A stretch of 35,578 nt of DNA from Gemmatimonadota bacterium (GTDB taxonomy: Bacteria; 4572-55; J002): contig RFFQ01000187.1 in the NCBI GenBank assembly GCA_003697105.1, positions 1 through 35,578 of the forward strand. The letters run 5' to 3'. A program made the translations under genes and the position numbers. Positions 18,858 to 28,479 of this stretch are shown here, piece after piece (positions within the stretch are counted from its first letter, which is position 1; every line of letters begins with the position of its first letter). The notes beneath the pieces were generated by a model. The model searched no databases, was not told where the DNA came from, and worked only from the letters and a program-made list of their open reading frames with translations.

Positions 18858-20216
18858 ATGAGAACATTATTTGGAACAGACGGTATTCGAGGTGTGGCAA
18901 ACACCTATCCCATGACACCGGAATTGGCGTTGCGTGTTGGACGCGCCGTGGGGTATCTATTTCACCGGGAAGAAGGACGCCGTCATAAAATCATCATCGG
19001 TAAAGACACTCGTATTTCCGGTTATGTGTTGGAAAATGCGCTCACAGCAGGCTTGTGCTCCATGGGCGTCGATGTATTTTTGGTTGCCGTCTCGCCGACA
19101 CCCACAGTGGCGCATTTGGTGCGGAGTTTCAATGCAGATGCGGGGATCATGATCTCCGCCTCGCACAATCCATTTACGGATAACGGGATCAAGCTGTTTT
19201 CCCGTCAAGGTTACAAATTGCCGGATGAGATGGAAAAACGGATCGAAGAACTGGTGCTTGGGGATGAAATCGATAATATCCGCCCCACCGGTAAGGATGT
19301 TGGCAAAGCCTTTCGCATCCGGGATGCCGTTGGACGGTACATTGAATTTGTAAAAGCCACCCTAGACCCCGGCACCAGCTTTGAGGGGCTGAAAATTGCC
19401 GTCGATTGTGCCAATGGCGCCGCTTACAAAATCTCACCCATGGTTTTGGAAGAACTTGATGCCCAAGTTGTGGTTATTGGCAACAAACCCAATGGGCTAA
19501 ACATCAACGACCAGGTGGGTTCAACCCATTTGGAGGCGGTACGGCAAGTGGTACTAGATCACGGGTGTGATTTAGGCATTGCGCATGATGGGGACGCCGA
19601 CCGGACACTATTTATTGACAGTGACGGAAATGAAGTTGATGGAGATCAGATTATGGCCATTTGTGCCTTACATCTGGCGGAACGGGGTCAATTAGCAAAA
19701 AACACCTTAGTAACCACCGTGATGAGCAATTTAGGGTTGCGTCTGGCAATGGAAGATGCCGGTATTCACACGGTTCAAACCCAAGTCGGTGACCGGTATG
19801 TGCTGGAAACGATGCGCCAACACGGCTATAACTTGGGAGGTGAGCAATCCGGGCATGTCATCTTCCTAGACCACAATACCACAGGTGATGGGATTCTCAC
19901 GGCATTGCAAGTGATTCAGATCGTCCAACATCGTGGAATGCCATTAAAAGACCTCGCCAGCAGGTGCATGACTCGCTTTCCCCAAATTTTATTGAATACT
20001 CAGGTGAAAGAGAAAACCCCGTTGGAAAAGATGCCCGCTGTGATGCAAGCCATCCACACCGCCGAGCACCAGTTAGGAAAACGGGGGCGCGTGCTGGTTC
20101 GCTATTCCGGCACCGAAAACAAAGCCCGCGTCATGGTTGAAGGGGAAAATGAAACGGAAATTCGCCAACTGGCAGAATCGATCCGCAATGAAATTAAAGC
20201 GGAAATCGGGAGTTAA
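18858..20216 (+). CDS. glmM: phosphoglucosamine mutase
   Basis: FGTDGIRG, GKDTRISG, ISASHNP, DGDADR, GGEQSGH, RYSGTE. Confidence 0.96.
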   Translation: MRTLFGTDGIRGVANTYPMTPELALRVGRAVGYLFHREEGRRHKIIIGKDTRISGYVLENALTAGLCSMGVDVFLVAVSPTPTVAHLVRSFNADAGIMISASHNPFTDNGIKLFSRQGYKLPDEMEKRIEELVLGDEIDNIRPTGKDVGKAFRIRDAVGRYIEFVKATLDPGTSFEGLKIAVDCANGAAYKISPMVLEELDAQVVVIGNKPNGLNINDQVGSTHLEAVRQVVLDHGCDLGIAHDGDADRTLFIDSDGNEVDGDQIMAICALHLAERGQLAKNTLVTTVMSNLGLRLAMEDAGIHTVQTQVGDRYVLETMRQHGYNLGGEQSGHVIFLDHNTTGDGILTALQVIQIVQHRGMPLKDLASRCMTRFPQILLNTQVKEKTPLEKMPAVMQAIHTAEHQLGKRGRVLVRYSGTENKARVMVEGENETEIRQLAESIRNEIKAEIGS

Positions 20217-20257
20217 GCGTCCATATTCCAGCCGGTTGCAGGGCTTCGCGATTCTGC

Positions 20258-20286
20258 TTGACAAGCGATCCACTTTGTGATACTCT
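20258..20286 (+). promoter_or_regulatory. sigma70 promoter TTGACA-17-TACTCT with extended -10 (TGTGn)
   Basis: Read directly; upstream of the STAS gene. Confidence 0.75.
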
Positions 20287-20339
20287 TGCCAAACCATTGC
20301 CGGATAACGAATTTTATCACCATAAAGTGAGGCAAAACG

Positions 20340-20750
20340 ATGCAGGTTCACGAGGCATTCACCGAATACGGGCTTACCACGGAAATCGGTTATTACGACA
20401 CCAATAAAACCGTTATTGTCATCAGTTTTACGGGCGTTTTGGATATGCTCAGTGCCGAGGTGGTTTTTGTGAAACGCCGCGCTACCCTCAAAGAATGGTT
20501 TGAAAACAAGCCGGATACGCAACGAATTGTGTTTGATCTGTTTCACTTGGATCACATCAATTCATTTGCCATCGGGCATCTGACCCAATTTTATCTTGCC
20601 TTGTACAAACGCAAAATTCCGGTGACGCTCGTAATTGACCCTGAGAGTACCGTTTATCAGATTTTAGATTACTGCGGATTATTTGAGCTGCACGGCTTGC
20701 ACGTCCAGCGGAAAGATTTAACGGAAGGGCTGGAGCCTTTAGGCGGGTAA
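20340..20750 (+). CDS. divergent STAS-domain (anti-anti-sigma-like) protein
   Basis: VISFTGVLD...RIVFDLFHLDHINSFAIG...VYQILDYCGL follows the SpoIIAA pattern; GAGG RBS. Confidence 0.75.
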   Translation: MQVHEAFTEYGLTTEIGYYDTNKTVIVISFTGVLDMLSAEVVFVKRRATLKEWFENKPDTQRIVFDLFHLDHINSFAIGHLTQFYLALYKRKIPVTLVIDPESTVYQILDYCGLFELHGLHVQRKDLTEGLEPLGG

Positions 20751-21734
20751 CGTGGCGATAAACGCCGAAAACGAAGCGTACGTAGCGATATTATCCGCAA
20801 AAATATCCCGGAGAGACTTCAAAAATAAAATCGCCGATTGAGGGCGTTGACCCGGTTGGAAATGTAAACAACTGTGGACAATGCCCCTTTCTTTTTCTGG
20901 AAGCGCGGCGGCATTGAACATGGCGGTCACCCATGCCTCCTGTTGTTGGCTATCTTCAATAAAGGTCTGGAACTGACTGGCATCGAGGTGTCTCCCGCGC
21001 GAATCTAATTGAAAAATAGACTTACCCGCCAGTACTTCCAACAGAATAATGCCAAGGGAATAAATATCGGCGGCGGGGGTCACCTTGGCCCCACTAAAAC
21101 ATTCTGGGGCACTGTACCCCATCGTCCCAGCGCCGAGGGGAACATGGGGAAAATCCGTTGCCGGGAAACGGTGCGACTCACGGAACACATGTGCAAAACT
21201 GAAATCACAACATACCAAATCGCCATCCGCCGAAACCAAGATATTTTCCGGTTTAAGGTCGCAATGCACCAAGCCGACACGTTCAAAATACGCCACAGCG
21301 TGTGCCAGCTCGCACAAAATATAGCCGGCGAGTGCTTGTCGTTCTGTTTCATTCGTAATGGTGGCAAGTGCCTTCATTACGGGACGTAGTGTTCCTCCGC
21401 CGAATGCCATCCGAAAATACGGAATCCGAGCCAAAGGTTTGCCCATGTGCTGGCGGTCAATCCGGTGTCCCAAAAACCGGCAAAATGAGGTTGTTTTGAC
21501 CACATACTGGCAGTTAAGACGCCACAGCAACTCCGCTTCACGTTCAAATTTGTGTTTGAGGTCGGGGTCAGAAGCCGGTAACATCACCTTGAGAACATGG
21601 GTACGCCCTTCAAAATCAACTTTGTAAATCTCTGCCATGCCTCCAAGACCCAATTGTTCTAAGATGGTGTACTTCAAAAAGGTATTATCGGCATCGATTA
21701 ATATCTCACCGGGTTTAAATCGATAAATTTTCAT
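20739..21734 (-). CDS. Hanks-type Ser/Thr protein kinase, soluble, kinase domain only
   Basis: LGLGGMAEIY, VLK, FEREAE, HCDLKPENILV, DFS (for DFG), GTMGYSAPE, DIYSLG, RP. Confidence 0.9.
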   Translation of the reverse strand: MKIYRFKPGEILIDADNTFLKYTILEQLGLGGMAEIYKVDFEGRTHVLKVMLPASDPDLKHKFEREAELLWRLNCQYVVKTTSFCRFLGHRIDRQHMGKPLARIPYFRMAFGGGTLRPVMKALATITNETERQALAGYILCELAHAVAYFERVGLVHCDLKPENILVSADGDLVCCDFSFAHVFRESHRFPATDFPHVPLGAGTMGYSAPECFSGAKVTPAADIYSLGIILLEVLAGKSIFQLDSRGRHLDASQFQTFIEDSQQQEAWVTAMFNAAALPEKERGIVHSCLHFQPGQRPQSAILFLKSLRDIFADNIATYASFSAFIATLPA

Positions 21735-22315
21735 ACCCTATCCATTGCAGGAAGCCGTTCCAAAAAATGGGCAATAATTTTGCCGGTCAATCCCCACACA
21801 GTGTAATGGCGCCACTCATAAAAATGCACCAGATAGACCTCCCCGTCGTGCCGCCATTTTCGGATATGGTGAATCGCCGGGTCGCGAAGTTCATGTAACG
21901 GAATGTTAAGTAGATGATCAATTTCGCGGGGGTTCGGAATCAACGGCACTTGAGATGAAATCACCCCGACAAAAGGTGTGACAATGTACGTTGATCCGCG
22001 AGATTGGACATCATCCAACTGCCCGAGGATGTCGATCTGGTTGGGCGAAACACCAATTTCTTCTTGCGTTTCGCGGAGTACGGTCTCCAACAGATTTTCA
22101 TCGTGCTCATCCATGCCCCCGCCGGGACAACTAATCTGCCCCTTATGAGTTGGCAGGGTCTCTGTGCGTTGGGTGAACAATACTTGGCACTGTTCCGGCA
22201 GGTCGATCAATGTCACCAACACCGCGGCACGTTTCCAACCGTTGGGAACCAGCAGTGTACGGGGCGGGTGTCGCGCCAGCATATCCCGGATTTGTTCGTA
22301 AAATTGCGGATCCAT
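21731..22315 (-). CDS. Nudix hydrolase, CoA pyrophosphatase (NudL/Pcd1) family
   Basis: AAVL, LFTQRTETLPTHKGQISCPGG, Nudix box LRETQEEIG, VWGLTG. Confidence 0.9.
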   Translation of the reverse strand: MDPQFYEQIRDMLARHPPRTLLVPNGWKRAAVLVTLIDLPEQCQVLFTQRTETLPTHKGQISCPGGGMDEHDENLLETVLRETQEEIGVSPNQIDILGQLDDVQSRGSTYIVTPFVGVISSQVPLIPNPREIDHLLNIPLHELRDPAIHHIRKWRHDGEVYLVHFYEWRHYTVWGLTGKIIAHFLERLPAMDRV

Positions 22316-22324
22316 CGTCTGTTT

Positions 22325-25300
22325 TCAATTCACGCGACGTTGTGACTCGTTAGAGGTCTCACAGGATTGCCATTTTAGCAAGACACGTTTGGCAATATCG
22401 ATGACCTCCATTTCGGTACGTGTTCCATAGTTTATCGTAATGGCAAAGGGGTCACCTGCTTGGAAATGGAAGGGGACACCTTTTTCATCCAGAAAAGCCG
22501 AGACCCGTGCAAAGGTTTCGGTCGGTGGCAATTTTTGCGGTAAAAATTCGTAGTAAATCTCCCCATTTTTGATGCGTACCACCGGAATCCACGCCGTAGC
22601 CGCCAGAACACGAATTTCCATAGAGCCAAGTAACAATTCTGCCGGTTCGGGAATTGCGCCGTACCGGTCTCGCAGTTCCGCACGCAATTCGGTGATTTCA
22701 TCCAACCGGCGGGCGGTGGATAAGCGTTTGTAGATCATAATTTTCTGCCGGTTGTCGGCGATATACTCATCGGGAATATACGAATCGATGGCAATACGAA
22801 CATCCGGTTCTAGGAACGGCTCTTGATCATCGCCTTTTAATTCGCGGACAGCATCTTCCAGCAATTCGCAGTATAGGTCAAACCCGACCTCTTCGATATA
22901 GCCACTCTGTTCCGCTCCGAGCAAATTTCCCGCACCCCGAATTTCGAGGTCACGGAGGGCAATTTTCAGCCCGCTTCCCAGTTCGCTGTATTCCTCAATA
23001 GCCTGCAATCGTTGTTTTGCGGCAGGGGTCAAGGCACCTTCTGCCGGTGTCAGAAAATAGGCATACGCCAACCGTGTGGAACGCCCCACCCGCCCGCGCA
23101 ACTGGTACAACTGCGCCAAGCCAAACCGGTCTGCCCGATTAATGATGATCGTGTTCACGTTTGGAATATCCACTCCATTTTCAATGATCGTGGTACAAAC
23201 CAACACATCAAACCGGTGATCCAAAAAATCCACCATCTGTTTTTCCAACTGATGACCTCTCATCTGTCCGTGAGCAATCCCAAACCGCACTTGAGGCAAA
23301 AGCTTATGGAGATAACCCGCCATGGCTTGAATGGATTGGACACGATTATGCAGGAAATAGACTTGCCCGCCGCGATCCACTTCGCGCATGATGGCATCAA
23401 TAATAACCTCATCGGAAAAAGGCACCACTTCCGTGCGAACCGGTAAACGTCCTTGCGGAGCGGTATTGATGATGCTCATATCGCGGACACCCATCATTGA
23501 AAAATGCAGAGTTCGGGGGATGGGTGTAGCTGTCATGGTCAAGACGTCAACTTGTTTGCGCAGTTGTTTCAAATGTTCTTTGTGAGTCACGCCAAAGCGT
23601 TGTTCTTCATCGATAATCACCAAGCCGAGGTCTTTAAATTTCACATCTTTTTGCACTAGCCGGTGCGTACCGATCACAATATCCACTTTCCCTTCTTCCA
23701 ATTCGGCAATGATACGTTTAATGTCTTTGCTATAACGAAAGCGGCTCAACATCTCAATTTTGACCGGAAAATCGGCGAGCCGTTCTTTGAAGGTCAACCA
23801 GTGTTGTTGGGCTAAGATGGTGGTCGGGACAAGAACCGCCACTTGTTTGCCATCTAACACTGCCTTAAATGCCGCTCGAATCGCCACTTCTGTTTTACCG
23901 TAGCCCACATCACCACAAATGAGCCGGTCCATGGGGGCGCTTTTTTCCATATCATGTTTCACATCCTCGATGGCTTCCAGTTGATCCGGCGTTTCTTCAT
24001 AGATAAATGAGGCTTCCAGTTCGCGTTGCCAAACGGTATCCACGGTGTACGAATGTCCCCGCTTGGTTTGTCGCTCTGCGTAGAGTTTGACCAACTCGTC
24101 TGCCATATCCATAATGCCTTTTTTGGCACGTGCTTTAACTCGCTCCCAAGCGGTACCCCCCAGTTTGGTCAGGGAGGGCAGAACCCCATCTTCTCCCATG
24201 GAATATTTGTGGACATATTTGATTTGGTCCACCGGCACAAACAGCTTATCATTATCTTTGTAGGCAATTTCAAGACAATCCGTGATGCGATCATCAATGG
24301 CGATGCGCTTAATCCCCCAGTAAACGCCAATGCCATAGTTGACATGCACCACAAAATCACCCTCGTTAAGCATATTCAAGCCCGAAATCGCTTGACCGGT
24401 TTTAAATTTACGCAAATGTCGCCGTCGCCGGTAACGATTGAAGATCTCCCGGTCTGTGAAAACCGCTAACTTCACTTCAGGGAAAACAAACCCTTTATGA
24501 AGTGTTCCGACCCGAAGGGTCGCCTCCACCGCCCAATCTTCTACAATCTCCTGCATTCGCTCAACTTGACCTTTATTATCGCAATAAATAAACAACCGGT
24601 ATCCAAAGCGATGCAGTTCGGTCAGCTTTTCCCGCAACATCTCCAAATTTCCATTCAGCGGTTCTTGCGCTTGAACATCTAGTTCAATTTCCAATTGGGA
24701 TTTATGGCGTCCGGGGGCATTGAGATAGAGCCGCTGATACTGTTGAAATCGCTCTTCTAGCCGGTGGTAGGGTTCGTAAATGTCATGGGGTAACGGTACA
24801 TCACGTCCTTTCCGCACTGCTTCATTATACAGATATTCGACTTCATCAGCAATGGTGCCGCCGATACGTTTCAGTTCTTGGGGGCGATTCAGCAGTAGGA
24901 TCGTTTCAGAAGGAAGGTATGATAACAATGTGGCGTCGGACGGGATATTCATTTGAAGTTCCCGGCGCGGTAGGATTTTCACCTGATTCAAGGTACGGAC
25001 GGACCGTTGCGTCACAATATCAAATTCTCGAATCGAATCGATGGTTTCTCCAAACAATTCAATTCGTACCGGATTTTCATTTCCGAACGAATAAATATCG
25101 AGAATCCCCCCGCGGAGGCTAAACTCACCGATACCTTCAACCATCGGAACCCGCTCAAACCCAGAAGTCACCAACGTTTCTAAAAGATATTCCAGATCGA
25201 TATCCTCATCACGGGCGAGATGAATAGTAGCAGCCCGAAACGTAGCCGGAGCAACTACTTTTTGGAGGATTGCCCGAATGGGAGTGATTATAATTCGGGG

Positions 25301-25639
25301 GGTGCCCTCAACTAGCGAGCTTAGCGCTTCTGTTCGAGCCGCAATCAAGGCATCATTGGGTTTTTGGGTGTCATAAGGCAGGGCTTCTAACGCAGGATAG
25401 AGCAAAATACGGTCTGGATCGGCAAAAATACTAAGGTCATCAAAAAAATCTTCAGCATCTTCCTGCGTTTGGGTAATAAACAAGCACGGGCGCCCGGTAT
25501 GCACAAAAAGGTAGCTGGCAAGCGCCACCGGCAAAGAGGCTTTGGCATGCCGTACCCACTGTTCTGGAGTTTGTTGAAGTAAATTTTGAACGAGAACCGA
25601 AAATGAGGGATTATCTTGAAATAAAGCTGTATTTTTCAT
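22325..25639 (-). CDS. mfd: transcription-repair coupling factor
   Basis: 1104 aa; [10 protein letters not shown], CarD/RID region, [48 protein letters not shown]. Confidence 0.98.
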   Translation of the reverse strand: MKNTALFQDNPSFSVLVQNLLQQTPEQWVRHAKASLPVALASYLFVHTGRPCLFITQTQEDAEDFFDDLSIFADPDRILLYPALEALPYDTQKPNDALIAARTEALSSLVEGTPRIIITPIRAILQKVVAPATFRAATIHLARDEDIDLEYLLETLVTSGFERVPMVEGIGEFSLRGGILDIYSFGNENPVRIELFGETIDSIREFDIVTQRSVRTLNQVKILPRRELQMNIPSDATLLSYLPSETILLLNRPQELKRIGGTIADEVEYLYNEAVRKGRDVPLPHDIYEPYHRLEERFQQYQRLYLNAPGRHKSQLEIELDVQAQEPLNGNLEMLREKLTELHRFGYRLFIYCDNKGQVERMQEIVEDWAVEATLRVGTLHKGFVFPEVKLAVFTDREIFNRYRRRRHLRKFKTGQAISGLNMLNEGDFVVHVNYGIGVYWGIKRIAIDDRITDCLEIAYKDNDKLFVPVDQIKYVHKYSMGEDGVLPSLTKLGGTAWERVKARAKKGIMDMADELVKLYAERQTKRGHSYTVDTVWQRELEASFIYEETPDQLEAIEDVKHDMEKSAPMDRLICGDVGYGKTEVAIRAAFKAVLDGKQVAVLVPTTILAQQHWLTFKERLADFPVKIEMLSRFRYSKDIKRIIAELEEGKVDIVIGTHRLVQKDVKFKDLGLVIIDEEQRFGVTHKEHLKQLRKQVDVLTMTATPIPRTLHFSMMGVRDMSIINTAPQGRLPVRTEVVPFSDEVIIDAIMREVDRGGQVYFLHNRVQSIQAMAGYLHKLLPQVRFGIAHGQMRGHQLEKQMVDFLDHRFDVLVCTTIIENGVDIPNVNTIIINRADRFGLAQLYQLRGRVGRSTRLAYAYFLTPAEGALTPAAKQRLQAIEEYSELGSGLKIALRDLEIRGAGNLLGAEQSGYIEEVGFDLYCELLEDAVRELKGDDQEPFLEPDVRIAIDSYIPDEYIADNRQKIMIYKRLSTARRLDEITELRAELRDRYGAIPEPAELLLGSMEIRVLAATAWIPVVRIKNGEIYYEFLPQKLPPTETFARVSAFLDEKGVPFHFQAGDPFAITINYGTRTEMEVIDIAKRVLLKWQSCETSNESQRRVN

Positions 25640-25648
25640 AGCAAATAG

Positions 25649-25683
25649 AAAAAATAGGGTACATTTATAGATGTACCCTATTT
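25649..25683 (-). terminator. intrinsic terminator closing the four-gene signalling operon
   Basis: 13-bp inverted repeat AAATAGGGTACAT/ATGTACCCTATTT running into a T6 tract on the minus strand. Confidence 0.8.
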
Positions 25684-25713
25684 GAAATTAAATCAACGAA
25701 TTCAAAGAAAACG

Positions 25714-26070
25714 TTATAGAGAATTAATCGCGTCGTCAATCGTATCCTGAAAATTCAAGATACTAGTAGCACCAACAATATCAAAAATTTCAAACACATT
25801 TTCATTCACCGCGGCAAGGATGAATTTACCCCCTTTTTGCACCACTCGTTTGTTGTAATCAATGATATTTCCTAACGCCGTACTATTGAGGTACTTCAAC
25901 TGTTCAAAATCGGCGATAATATTGACGACCCCGGAATCATTAAGGAGTGAGATAATCTGGTCGGAAACCGCCTGAATATTCGTGGCATCCAACGAACCTG
26001 AGAAATGCATAATTTTAGAATCACTGCGTCCTGCAACATCTTCCTGAACAATTTGGATATCTGTAGCCAT
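25714..26070 (-). CDS. STAS anti-sigma-factor antagonist (SpoIIAA/RsbV-like)
   Basis: FSGSLDA...IIADFEQLKYLNSTALG...VFEIFDIVG; phospho-acceptor Ser retained; GGAGG RBS. Confidence 0.9.
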   Translation of the reverse strand: MATDIQIVQEDVAGRSDSKIMHFSGSLDATNIQAVSDQIISLLNDSGVVNIIADFEQLKYLNSTALGNIIDYNKRVVQKGGKFILAAVNENVFEIFDIVGATSILNFQDTIDDAINSL

Positions 26071-26098
26071 CTATAAAATGACCTCCCTTGAGATGAAC

Positions 26099-26929
26099 TT
26101 ATAGTGTAAAATATTCATTTTCTTGTTTTTTAAATTTCACAATATGGATTTTGGTACCGGGGCCACTTCGGGTATCTATTTCCAGCATATCGGCGAGCAT
26201 TGCCACAATTGGCAATCCACGTCCTCGTTTTTCGACACTGACTTTGCCCTGCTCGGTAAATTGAACTTTTGCCACGGCGCGCCTCAACCCTTCGGCACTA
26301 TCTTTGGAAGCGCCTTTATCTTCAACAACCAAATCCATTTTATCATTATCGATAGTACAGCGCACATTGATCACCGAGTCACTCTCTTTTGAGCCATGTT
26401 CGATAGCATTATTGCAAATTTCATCCACAATCGTCTGAATCCGGTAGGCTTCTTTTCCTTCAAAGCCACGCATGGAAGCGATATTGGAAATAAAGTCCCG
26501 AACACAAGGCACAAAGTCGAGCGAGCTGGGAAAGGCAAGGGTGATAGTTTCTACCCGGGCGGCTTCTTCAAATTGCTGTACGGCATTATACACCGCGGGA
26601 TAAATATCAAACAGTTTATGCACACCCATCACGTGCAGGGCTTTTTCAACCGCCGGTGTAACCCCCGCTAAAATCAAATTTCCTTTCGCCGCCACGGCTT
26701 GCCCCCGGAAACCCATCAGCACTCCCAAAACCGAACCATCAATGTGATTCGTCTGGGTTAAGTCCGCAATGACCTGAAATTTTTTTTGGGCAACTAAATC
26801 TGCAATAATGGCGTTTAATTCTGAAAGCGCTTCCACATTGACCCGTTCACCAAAAGTCAACACGGGTATATCTGGGTTTGTCGGAGCGGGAACAACTTCA
26901 ATGATGTGTTTTGTGGGGTTCATTGCCAC
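26099..26929 (-). CDS. STAS domain fused to an RsbW/SpoIIAB-type ATPase/Ser kinase
   Basis: N-terminal VIADLTQTNHIDGSVLG; C-terminal N-box DEICNNAIEHG, VEDKG, GRGLPIV, GTKI. Confidence 0.87.
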   Translation of the reverse strand: MAMNPTKHIIEVVPAPTNPDIPVLTFGERVNVEALSELNAIIADLVAQKKFQVIADLTQTNHIDGSVLGVLMGFRGQAVAAKGNLILAGVTPAVEKALHVMGVHKLFDIYPAVYNAVQQFEEAARVETITLAFPSSLDFVPCVRDFISNIASMRGFEGKEAYRIQTIVDEICNNAIEHGSKESDSVINVRCTIDNDKMDLVVEDKGASKDSAEGLRRAVAKVQFTEQGKVSVEKRGRGLPIVAMLADMLEIDTRSGPGTKIHIVKFKKQENEYFTL

Positions 26930-26943
26930 TGATTTTACCCTCT

Positions 26944-28434
26944 TTAGGCAGATTTCACTTCAACCAAGCCGGATGAGACCAAACTGTACATGACTTTGTA
27001 TGTTTCAAATTCCGCATGAGTACTTCGCGCTAGGATGTTTTTGACGACCCGTTCTTGCTGGATCAAGGCAATAATGTTCATTTCTTCCGAGGTTAATTTA
27101 ATCTCCCGCTGGGCATCAGAGGGTTGCGGCAACACCACCAGTTCCGCATTCACACTTGGAATTAACTGTTTGATAACATCCATTTCATCCGTTTGGCGAG
27201 CACCTTCCATGAGCAAATGTTGCCAGTGCATTTTCACAGTTCGTTCTTCTTGTGTCACACCCGCCTCAAATATAAATGAACCTTTGCTCCATGTAAAGAA
27301 CGAATATACAGCTTCTTCACCCGACATCCGGTCATCAAGCAGGGCATGAACAATATCCCCATTTTCAAAGAAAATTTCCCCTTTTCCGTTGGGCGAATCC
27401 AGTGTCAGTTTGCCGGTCATTTGGGACGAGCAGATCGTATTGATCAAATCTGGGAAACTGAACACTTCCAACGTGCCTTCCAGACCCAACGCTTTACGGG
27501 CGATTTCTTTAATTCGAGTTTTTAAGGAGACCCGCATTTCATCAAATTTTTCAGCCAAAATACCGACTTCATCTTTGGTATGAACTTCTACGGCATGTTC
27601 GAGGTCACCTCCGGCGATAACCAACGCTTCATCCACAAGGTGTTTAATGGGTTCGGTCACTTTGCTTCCCACCCAACGCGCAATGACAAACGATAAGATG
27701 ATAATGATCAACGTAACCACAATCACAAACAAGATGCTTTTCAGTGTGCTGCGCCGTGCTTCTTGTTCCATACGGGCAATATCTTCTTCCAGTTTTTCAT
27801 ACGATGCCAAATACCGCACGGTATACAAGTGACCAATACCTTCTGCTTCAATTACGGGAAAGACCAAATCCAGCGCCCGAATTTCGCGCCCGTTAATATC
27901 GATAGTCGCTTCCAAGTCCACATCAGGTTCTTTTCCCTGAATGCGCTTCTTGAGTTCGGGGTCACCGGTAATTTCACGCGATCCTTCATAGCGCATCCCC
28001 CGGCCTTTTAACTCATCCCGAGAATCAAAAAGAATTTTTCCCGTGGATGAATATATAATCACGGCTCCGTTATCCACATCCGCATTATTGTCTAAGAGCC
28101 GTTGCATCGGTTCAACGAAAAATTCTTTATATGCCTCTTCAGGGGTCCCATCATAAAACGGCGGCTGGAAGTTATAGTTTTTTTCGTAAAGGTCAATAAT
28201 TTCTTGAGTCGCAAAGCGAGCAAATAAGCGGGTACGGGCTTCCAAGTCGGTTTTCATCTCGCTGCGTTTTTGTTCCAACTGGGCTTTATTCTCTTGATTT
28301 TTCAGATAGATCAGCACGCCGGCATTGATCACCGCACTCACAATAACCAGAGAGCTAATAATGGTGATCAAACGGGGGGTTAAACTGCGTTCCCAGATAT
28401 TATGCCATAGTCGCAAGAAGGGATTTGACTCCAT
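26944..28434 (-). CDS. membrane receptor: TM-periplasmic domain-TM-HAMP-DUF4388 (PATAN-like) with winged-helix-like tail
   Basis: Two TM helices; HAMP VTEPIKHL...GGDL...DEVGILAEKFDEM; DUF4388 pattern LEGTLEVFSFPDLI...TGKL...GEIFFENGDIVHA...GEEA...WSKGSF...LLMEGARQTDE. Confidence 0.85.
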   Translation of the reverse strand: MESNPFLRLWHNIWERSLTPRLITIISSLVIVSAVINAGVLIYLKNQENKAQLEQKRSEMKTDLEARTRLFARFATQEIIDLYEKNYNFQPPFYDGTPEEAYKEFFVEPMQRLLDNNADVDNGAVIIYSSTGKILFDSRDELKGRGMRYEGSREITGDPELKKRIQGKEPDVDLEATIDINGREIRALDLVFPVIEAEGIGHLYTVRYLASYEKLEEDIARMEQEARRSTLKSILFVIVVTLIIIILSFVIARWVGSKVTEPIKHLVDEALVIAGGDLEHAVEVHTKDEVGILAEKFDEMRVSLKTRIKEIARKALGLEGTLEVFSFPDLINTICSSQMTGKLTLDSPNGKGEIFFENGDIVHALLDDRMSGEEAVYSFFTWSKGSFIFEAGVTQEERTVKMHWQHLLMEGARQTDEMDVIKQLIPSVNAELVVLPQPSDAQREIKLTSEEMNIIALIQQERVVKNILARSTHAEFETYKVMYSLVSSGLVEVKSA

Positions 28435-28479
28435 TAGACGGTCCTTTCTGATAAAAGATGCACCAAGTTACCAACAAAT

